In this document: one piece after another, positions 59,801 through 64,000 of the stretch
How positions within the stretch are numbered: position 1 is the stretch's first letter
Layout: each line of letters begins with the position of its first letter
NCBI GenBank assembly: GCA_002256025.1
Contig: NKIB01012868.1
Location: forward strand, 1-64,000
Reading direction: 5' to 3'
From: Asterionella formosa
Lineage: Eukaryota
DNA length: 64,000 nucleotides
Position numbers and translations under genes: made by a program
Notes under the pieces: model-generated
What the model saw: only the letters and a program-made list of their open reading frames with translations
The model's database searches: none
Told to the model about the DNA's origin: nothing

Positions 59801-62800
59801 TTATCTGCTTCGTTGCTTGAAAACAAAGCGCCGATTTACCAGCATATGCTTCTCCGGAAACTAAAACGAATCGAGACGGCCCACCGCAATCAATAACACT
59901 TAAGGCGATGGCAACTATTTCCTCGAGTTCTTTCTCGCGTCCAACAAAACGGTTACTGATATCAATCCACTTCCTGTCAGCCGCTTGCATGGGTCTAAAA
60001 ATCGGTACCAAATCGGCATATCCTTTTGCCTTAACTGGTGGAAGAGCGCAAAATTGTCTGCTTCCAGCTTTGTCTTTGACCGAGTCATCCACAAGAAATC
60101 CTTGATTGATAGGGTTGGCCATTAGCCTTGCAGCAAGATTGACTGACGGTCCCAGCACGGCATATTCGTGTCTAGCAACACCACCAACAACTCCGCAATA
60201 TGCCATTCCATATGTTGCTCCCATTTGGCAATCTGTGCCCAGCTCGACTTTCAGTAGCGTTTGAAAAGTTGTCGTGAATGGAATTGCTCGTTCTGCTACC
60301 ATATTGGGAAAAGTAGACCCTCGAAGGCCGAAATTTGCAATCAAGACAACGCCTTTGTCGTCTACAATGAATTGGCGCATCTGACCTTTGAATCTAGCAA
60401 GCTCCCTAGTCATTAGGAGCATGATATCATTCAGTAAAATAAAGACTTTGGCGTCCTCAGTGTTGTCACCAGCAAGCCGAGCAGTGATCAACGGCATAAT
60501 AAAGACAGTGAACACGCCGCGAAGTTCTGCTTCTGAACGATGTCGTTCCTGTGCTCGATTGTGGTCGCCGGGATAAACCTTCATTGCGAATTCATCATTA
60601 ACGACTACTGGGTGAACATAAAGTGAAATCCGTTGTTTCAAACGCTTGAGAGCTTCCAGATCCCAATCGTCGCATCGTTTTGCCAGTCGCTCCCTGGGCT
60701 TGGTGGTTACATCTTTGAATTTCAACGTCCAATCTTTCTGAATATGAACTGTATCCTTTGGATGAAAAAAACAAGCTGATTTTGTCGCAATCACTTGTGG
60801 CTTGTCCATATCTGAGCTGAGAATGCATTGTTCCAGTATCGCAGATTCTTCCAAAATAATTAAGGCCTCAGGTGATGCAACCACTTCGCCTCGGGAAGCA
60901 ATTTCGATGGCCTCTGCCACTTGTTCAATAGGATCTCCAAGGATAAGGTATTCCATTCTAGTTTCCTTATCGCCGACATGGACACCGACGACTTCTCCGA
61001 ATCCGACACCGCAGTGTACATTCAACGTCGTGACCAATTTTCCATTTGATCCACCGGACTCATAAACTGGGAAGTCAGAACACTCGACTACTATTCTTGC
61101 GCCACAGGTTGCTGCAGTTAATACACATTCTTCTACACCAAGCCCGTGCCATGGTTCCTTGGAACTTTGAGAATTTCCTGCTATACTGTTGTCTCCGACT
61201 TCCAAAGTGGCTAATGATGTAGCTTGCCACTCAGCAAAAAGGGCATCACCCGCAAACTTTAAAATATCGCCCCCAAAAGATTCCACCGTGTCTACAATCT
61301 TTTGGAAGTACGAATTAATCGTCTTTTGTGTTGAAACAAAGATTGTTCAGTCGTGAAGATCTTGAGCAACAAATAAAAAGAAAAAACTTACCTTTGATAA
61401 AGGCTCAACTCCCAGCGTGGTTGATAACTTTGTAAAACCAGAAATGTCAACAAAAAGCAATGCACAGTCGTGTCTAGTTGCTGGTGGAATAGTGTACGTG
61501 GAATAATTTTCGTTTTCTGACAAAGACTTTCCGTCGCTGCAACAATATTGACCGCTTGCAATCATTGCTGTATCCAAACGAGGATCGCTGGGAAGATTTC
61601 TGATTGAATCTTTGGTCTTCGTCATACGACGCTCTCGCAGACGAGTTCTTGTTTCTCCCGCGTCATCTGAGTCGAAGGGGAATGGGTCGAGAAATTGCAT
61701 AATTTCCTTTCCTATGGGAGTATTCGTGTTTCCTATCATATCAACTCCAATATAATTCTTTTCAAAAATTATTGACTCATTGGAAACTGATTTCATCAAC
61801 TCCCCGGATCTTCCATGTTGTTGTACAAGTGAAAATTGGTCGGTTACGTCGTCAACATTGTGACCCTCCGATGCGACAGAGTGAACGTTTCCGCTTGATT
61901 CAGCATCGCTATTCTGGCTAGTTGACAAATCTCTTTGAGAATACCAAAGTGATGCTCTCCTCTTTGTTTCAGCAGAATCGGTAATTGTTCCAGGAAATCT
62001 CCGTATCAGGGGCATGGATGCTCGCCTCTCTGTTCTGTTCGTCTGTACCTGGACTGAGTCAGTGTTTGCAAAATAACTGGGAAGTTCTTCAGGTATCCGA
62101 GATGTATCCATCATCGATCCACCTAAAGTAGAATGCCTCCGTCTATATCGGAGGTGATGTTCGTGTTCTTGACTGTCCTGAGAATGCAAAGGACCAGGTA
62201 TTAACGTGTCATCCTGAGAATCTGCCTCGTCTGGATCCGAAGAGTAATTTCCTTCAACATCTGCGGATATATTATTGTCTCTTAAAGGTGCCATTCCGGT
62301 TACCAATGCATTCAATTTCGGAACTAACTTTTTATGATTCGCCTTGGCGTCATCTTCTTCCGAAGATGATGATGAATGCGTGATGTTCTGATTCATTGCC
62401 TTTCTTCGAACCACTTCTTCCACTTCAATTTCGTCAATGAGGAATTGCAAGACAGTTTCGGGTAAATGCTGGCCGAGCCACTTGATAGAATCGATACATG
62501 AAGCCCGTTCTGCCAGTGCGTGACCTAACGCTACTCCGTGCACTCCCATTGTGGCGGAAATCAAATTTGCTAGGTCGTCGTCGTTCGATGATTCTGAATC
62601 ATCGTCGCTCTGTGACTCTTCTCCTGGCCCTGTATCGCCCTTACGCAGGAGTAATGAGGTGGGGAATTCAAATGAGGAGAGAGAAGATGTCAACACAGAC
62701 GACGATCCTGAACTTGAATTCAGTGACGAAGTGTCATCAGATGAGTCGTCGCTCGATGACCCTGATGAATAATTTGATGATCTTGACGAACTCGATGAAG

Positions 62801-63266
62801 CCGATGAATGTGATGAGCCCGATGAACGCGAAGAAATGGATAAACCCGATACATCTGTGGACCGTGACTCCCGTCCACTGGATGAATTGCTGCAGGAGGA
62901 TAAATTTTCGTTTGGATCTCCTATCGGTAAATTATTTTCCCTGGTAATTGACGATAGCATCTCTTCGATAACGTGAGTGTCGCTATCATCTTGAGTTGAA
63001 TGAGTGCGCCCCTGGTCGTTTTGTGCATTTCCTGGTGTCTCAAAAGCGCCCTTCGGCGGTATGACTGGCTCGTCCTGTTGACTTTCTAGCGGTTGATGAC
63101 TTCTTGATACATTCTGAATATTGGTAGATAAATTACAATCTTCCATATTATTTGCTTGTTGTTGCTGAGATTCTATTCCCAACGAGCAACCACTGCGTTG
63201 CGACAAATGGCTTGCCTTGGATGATCCCGTACACGAGCAGTCTGCCTCTGAAGCTGGGGCCTCCAT
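56887..63266 (-). CDS. Soluble adenylyl cyclase (ADCY10)-like protein: two class III cyclase domains, P-loop NTPase, TPR-like region; exons 63266-61392, 61322-58316, 58246-58107, 58029-57047 plus a possible terminal exon to 56887
   Basis: LLFVDISGFTKL, GGDILKFAGDAL, RQFIVDDKG, VLGPSVNLAARLM, VKAKG, FVGRE, GEAYAGKS, LALDD. Three GTAAGT..AG introns join the ORFs in frame. Unspliced stop at 57043. Confidence 0.88.
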
Positions 63267-63472
63267 TTCGCATAAATGGGCGGCAGCGGCGCACCTAGAT
63301 CGTAGCAGGTACTGGAAAATTCCTCAATGCGGTGAAGTTCTTGCGAACGGAAGTGAGCGACAATCAATGTCCATCACAACAACGTTGCTATTAATACGAA
63401 ACAAGCTCAAGCAAATGCATTGACAAATAGTAAGACACCAAAACCAAATGCACATTTTTTGACTACATATGT

Positions 63473-63945
63473 ATGGTACTGTACCGGCACCAGGTACCCG
63501 TACCCTGATATCAGTACCTGGTACCTGGTATGTACAACTACTATATTGTGGGGATGACGGTACATATGTGTGTAATTACATGTAAACATTCGTCCGCATT
63601 CTTCTATTTTTATTACTTGCCTGGTGCTCTACCTGGTATGGTAGTGTTAGTCCGTACGACACATGAGTTCAGACTTGAAACCGTCCATTCCGGACCTCCC
63701 GCCAGCTGTTGACCCTGCTGTCGACAACGCACGAATGCATACTTCTGTTATTCCTGTGTGTGTTCCATCGATGAATGACATTTCATATATACCGTGGCTA
63801 ATCTGTATGGTTAGTACCTGGTACGTTGTAAATCAGAAGTAGAAGACAACGACACAAAAACTAGAAAAGATATACCGTTTTTCATCCGGACTCATTGAAC
63901 ATACCGGTAATTGAAATACAAGAGTGTGTACCGGTACCGGTAGTC
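63473..63945. repeat. TA-CC(W)GG-TA clusters upstream of the cyclase gene
   Basis: tacctggtacctggta, taccggtaccggta and similar units. Confidence 0.8.
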
Positions 63946-64000
63946 GTGTTCGTTTTTCACTATAAGGAGGAGGGGCAGTAAGGTGTCACTCAAGGGGCAG

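Overview
Gene-dense eukaryotic nuclear DNA, very probably from a pennate diatom. Support: bipartite signal+'A-F' plastid presequences, a DUF6824-type domain, short 60-120 nt GT-AG introns and a canonical EF-1alpha. About 19 protein-coding genes are supported: family-I CoA-transferase with EF-hand, EXS protein, TOM1/THH1-like membrane protein, UBZ-finger protein, Myb+DUF6824, MIT-like protein, Tat-type lumen protein, cpFtsY, CDK-like kinase, DDT-PHD chromatin protein, DnaJ, mucin-like membrane protein with RRM, an unknown protein, PAP/fibrillin, PKDCC-like kinase, EMC8/9, EF-1alpha, SpoU methyltransferase, RPL23 and an ADCY10-like cyclase. Convergent gene pairs are tightly packed, while upstream intergenic regions hold transposon debris: a decayed DD39D-type mariner, a pogo-like remnant, a 95-bp TA-flanked MITE (3 copies), a tRNA-derived SINE (3 copies) and several other families. 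The most striking pattern is promoter-proximal arrays of TA-CC(W)GG-TA units (GGTACC-rich). Their unit sequence is what excision of the co-located CCWG...CWGG-ended MITE family would leave, which suggests arrays built by repeated insertion and excision. All calls were made by eye; no database searches were run.
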